A stretch of DNA of 64,000 nt, taken from the IMG/VR virus record IMGVR_UViG_3300025132_007963, positions 96,001 through 160,000 of that record; one strand, 5' to 3'. Positions 61,407-64,000 of this stretch are shown piece by piece; the stretch's first letter is position 1; the number at the start of each line of letters is the position of its first letter. The translations under genes and the position numbers were made by a program. The DNA is from a virus. Under the pieces are notes generated by a model that saw only the letters and a list, made by a program, of their open reading frames with translations, did not search any database and was not told the origin of the DNA.

Positions 61407-62437
61407 TTTTCTGTCTCACTTTCATTTAGTGTTTCATTTACCAGATCCAATATAACATCATTCATGTCTTTAATGCACATGATGTCTTTATATCTTGTAA
61501 CCAGATTACCATCAACTATTCTGTATTTTGCTACATCATGATAACTATAGTTTATCATCACTGGATATAGACGGCCTTGCACAGGAGTTGGTATACTTCT
61601 ATAGTCTTCCTTGCTAAAATTTCTTTCATATGACGCGTTTATTTTTTCTAGTGTCATATAATAATTGGCCGGCCTACTCTTGGTCAAGTACACAACATCT
61701 TGTTCTTGGGTGCTTACAACACACGTTAGATTATCGTAATCAAAAAGATCTCTTACTCTAGTTGTAATGTTGCCTAGTTTCTCTACGTAATCATTTCTGA
61801 CAAAGATTAAGTTTGAACCAGTACAAGCTACAATTTGATACCCCTTGTTATTTCCCAACTCAACCATTGGCTTAATACCAGCACCACCAGATAGATAAGG
61901 TTTTATTTCATCAATGTAATCTATGTTTGGTGGCACAGTTTGATTGTATTCAATGCAAACACATTTTGGTTTAAATTCTTTAATTGTATCCCATACGTAA
62001 TAATCATTACCATCTACGTCAATAGACAAAAAATCAAAATCTTTACTAACGGTAAATCTATAAGCTTGTTCGGCTTTTTCACTTGTCATGAGTAGAAGCT
62101 CATCAAAAGAAACACCTCCTTCCTCATCCCCTGAGCGTTCGGGGTACGGACTAACAAATGCATTAATACAAATAATTTTATTTTGTTTGTTGTCAGTAAA
62201 AGAGTTTGCCAGCTCACTTAGTTTTGCAAACTGTTCTTGATTATTTTCAATTAATATTGCGTTCCAGTTGTTCTCTGCCCACAAAAAATAAGTGTTAGAA
62301 TTCCAAACTCCATCAGCGGCGCCGAATTCTACACACGTACCATGTTCTATTTCTAGTCTTCGAAATATCTCAGATAGTATTCCATTCTCTCCATCTGCAG
62401 ATGTTTTATTATGTTTATAATCATTTAAATTGTCCAT
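61403..62437 (-). CDS. FkbM-like SAM methyltransferase
   Basis: GENGI; VEFGAADG.WNSNT; ILIE; DFLSIDVDGNDY; CIEYN. Confidence 0.65.
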   Translation of the reverse strand: MDNLNDYKHNKTSADGENGILSEIFRRLEIEHGTCVEFGAADGVWNSNTYFLWAENNWNAILIENNQEQFAKLSELANSFTDNKQNKIICINAFVSPYPERSGDEEGGVSFDELLLMTSEKAEQAYRFTVSKDFDFLSIDVDGNDYYVWDTIKEFKPKCVCIEYNQTVPPNIDYIDEIKPYLSGGAGIKPMVELGNNKGYQIVACTGSNLIFVRNDYVEKLGNITTRVRDLFDYDNLTCVVSTQEQDVVYLTKSRPANYYMTLEKINASYERNFSKEDYRSIPTPVQGRLYPVMINYSYHDVAKYRIVDGNLVTRYKDIMCIKDMNDVILDLVNETLNESETEN

Positions 62438-63385
62438 CTAGATCTTGTAATACTCCTTCATCCATTGTACGGTTTCCCAGACACCCTCTTCCAGGGTTAC
62501 TGTATCTTTGTGATCTAGATCTTTAACAGATTTTGAATTATCAACTAGTTTGTGTTTTGTTGTTAATATTTCACTATGCTTCTTATATGTAACAAGGCTT
62601 GGATCTGCTTTAGTATACTTCACAAGCAGCTCTGCTAAATGCTCAATAGTATGTTCTGACTTAGAAGCAATATTGTATATTTCACCATCAATAAAGTTAT
62701 CTGCTATATTTGCAAGAGTTCTCACGCTATCATATATATACGTGCTTGTTCTAGAGTGGCCTTTATAGACAGTTATTGGCTTGCCGTTTAGCAAATTATA
62801 AGTGAACAAACAATTAACACTTCTAAAAGGGTGATACCACTCTCCAGGACCGTAAGTATTAAAGAATCTAACCAGCACTGTTTCTGTATTAAATTGTTCT
62901 CTGGAGTTATATACCTGCATTTCGTTAACTCTTTTGCTCATAGCATAATCATTCATTTGCGGAATTGGAGTTTTATCTAGTACATCCTCATACATAACAC
63001 CCTCGTAGTCTCCATACACCTCAGAGGAGGAGCAATGCACTAGTTTAAATCCATGCTTCTCTTGTAGCTTGATAATGTTTTTCATTCCAATCGCATTAGA
63101 CTTCCAGACTTTTTCGTAAAAGTGTTCACCATTCCATCTACCAAATTCAGCAGCGCAATTATAAACTAAGTCTGGCTTAACGTATTCAACAACTTGTTGT
63201 ATTTGTCTAAATTCGCCTATGTCACATCTAAAGTAATCATCATCTTTGATTTTACCCATGCCGTGGCCGTAATTTCTACTTGTATGGAATAAATCTACGC
63301 CAAACACTTTATGGCCTCTAATCTGGAGTATCTCTTCTAATTTACTGCCAATAACACCTTGAACGCCTGTTACTAAAATTTTCAT
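62438..63385 (-). CDS. NAD-dependent epimerase/dehydratase (extended SDR)
   Basis: GVQGVIG; SSSEVYG; YAMSK; RFFNTYGPGE. Confidence 0.9.
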   Translation of the reverse strand: MKILVTGVQGVIGSKLEEILQIRGHKVFGVDLFHTSRNYGHGMGKIKDDDYFRCDIGEFRQIQQVVEYVKPDLVYNCAAEFGRWNGEHFYEKVWKSNAIGMKNIIKLQEKHGFKLVHCSSSEVYGDYEGVMYEDVLDKTPIPQMNDYAMSKRVNEMQVYNSREQFNTETVLVRFFNTYGPGEWYHPFRSVNCLFTYNLLNGKPITVYKGHSRTSTYIYDSVRTLANIADNFIDGEIYNIASKSEHTIEHLAELLVKYTKADPSLVTYKKHSEILTTKHKLVDNSKSVKDLDHKDTVTLEEGVWETVQWMKEYYKI

Positions 63386-64000
63386 TTGCTTTTCCTCTCA
63401 ACTAGTATGCCATGCTCATAAAAATAAAGAAAGTCAATTTCAGTGCCCAGATAACAGTTTATGGCATGTTCTGGTGTTTCACAAATTGGCTCTCTATCAT
63501 TAAAGCTGGTATTAAGTAGTATTGGCACTCCGCTCTTTTGTTGCCATAATTTAATAAAATTGTAGTACCAATTATTGTCGTTTTCCGTAACCGTTTGTAG
63601 TCTAGCAGTTCCATCAAAATGTACAACTGCAGGCACTTCTTTCTTTTTGTCCTCTTTAAAATGCAAAACAAAACTCATGTAAGGACTATCTTGATCAACA
63701 ACAAACCACTTACTAGCTTCATCTCTCAAAATTGAAGGAGCAAAAGGCCGGAACCATTGCCTGTGCTTTACCTTTTCATTAATCAAGTCTTTCATATTAG
63801 CATTTCTAGGATCTGCCAGAATGCTTCTATTGCCTAACGCCCGTCTTCCGCTTTCTGAACCACCGCCAAAAACTGCCACTATTTTTTGATCCGCCAGCAA
63901 ATCAACAACTTCTTCATTGGTAGAGGCGGTTGCAACAATCTTATCATCATATTGTTCTATTGTACTTTGAATAACTTTTTTTGTGGTCCTTGTTTTGCTT
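63382..64000 (-). CDS. carbamoyltransferase (NodU/CmcH/TobZ family), C-terminal domain; 5' end outside the window
   Basis: GRRALGNRSILAD; KHRQWFRPFAP; VHFDGTARLQTV; LLNTSFN; frame stays open from the track start (63900) to the window edge. Confidence 0.9.
   Translation of the reverse strand, partial: SKTRTTKKVIQSTIEQYDDKIVATASTNEEVVDLLADQKIVAVFGGGSESGRRALGNRSILADPRNANMKDLINEKVKHRQWFRPFAPSILRDEASKWFVVDQDSPYMSFVLHFKEDKKKEVPAVVHFDGTARLQTVTENDNNWYYNFIKLWQQKSGVPILLNTSFNDREPICETPEHAINCYLGTEIDFLYFYEHGILVERKSK

Noticed and set aside
1-64000. Stop-codon reassignment, as seen in some jumbo phages
   Set aside because: Coding density is essentially complete under code 11, and TAA, TAG and TGA all terminate genes at coupled junctions.
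1-64000. Eukaryotic giant virus (NCLDV) or bacterial chromosome origin, suggested by the glycan genes
   Set aside because: SD sites, a sigma-like factor, gp25/gp6 baseplate genes, a peptidoglycan peptidase and the absence of housekeeping genes fit a tailed phage.
47163-64000. Apparent lower GC in the glycan cluster than in the structural block (possible horizontal acquisition)
   Set aside because: This is an impression by eye only. It needs a sliding-window GC and codon-usage calculation, and the Gly/Ala/Thr-rich structural proteins could explain the difference.
1-64000. tRNA, rRNA, CRISPR arrays, inteins, introns, integrase or IS elements
   Set aside because: There is no intergenic room, and no cloverleaf, repeat-spacer, intein (C...HN) splice motif, homing endonuclease or transposase signature was seen.

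Overview
This 64-kb window is a gene-dense fragment of a large (jumbo-type) tailed dsDNA phage with a myovirus-like baseplate. It uses the standard genetic code. Every credible gene is on the minus strand, and most are translationally coupled through ATGA, TAATG or TTGA overlaps. In transcription order (high to low coordinates) there are four blocks. (1) About 17 kb (47163-64000) of sugar synthesis and decoration genes: carbamoyltransferase, 2 NAD epimerases, 2 methyltransferase-like proteins, SGNH hydrolase, 2 formyltransferases, WecB, GT2/GT4/GT-B glycosyltransferases, 2 sulfotransferase-like proteins, CE4 and PIG-L deacetylases, NeuA, NeuB, UDP-sugar dehydrogenase, a small HxGH nucleotidyltransferase and APS kinase. 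(2) Small genes and a sigma-like factor (45683-47158). (3) About 43 kb of tail/baseplate genes (2289-45656): an M15 peptidase, a gp5-like spike candidate, gp25 and gp6 homologues, and giant proteins of 3962, 2655, 1722 and 1671 aa. (4) A J-domain protein, a RuvC-like resolvase and a primase. The most interesting signals are an apparently self-contained pathway for a sulfated, formylated, nonulosonate-containing glycan (with a candidate minimal ATP sulfurylase) and a ~120-aa module inserted into two unrelated virion proteins, once nested inside a larger insertion. A tail-collar-like domain also appears split across separate genes. All calls come from reading motifs by eye; no database searches were run. 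No tRNA, rRNA, CRISPR array, integrase or IS element was seen.
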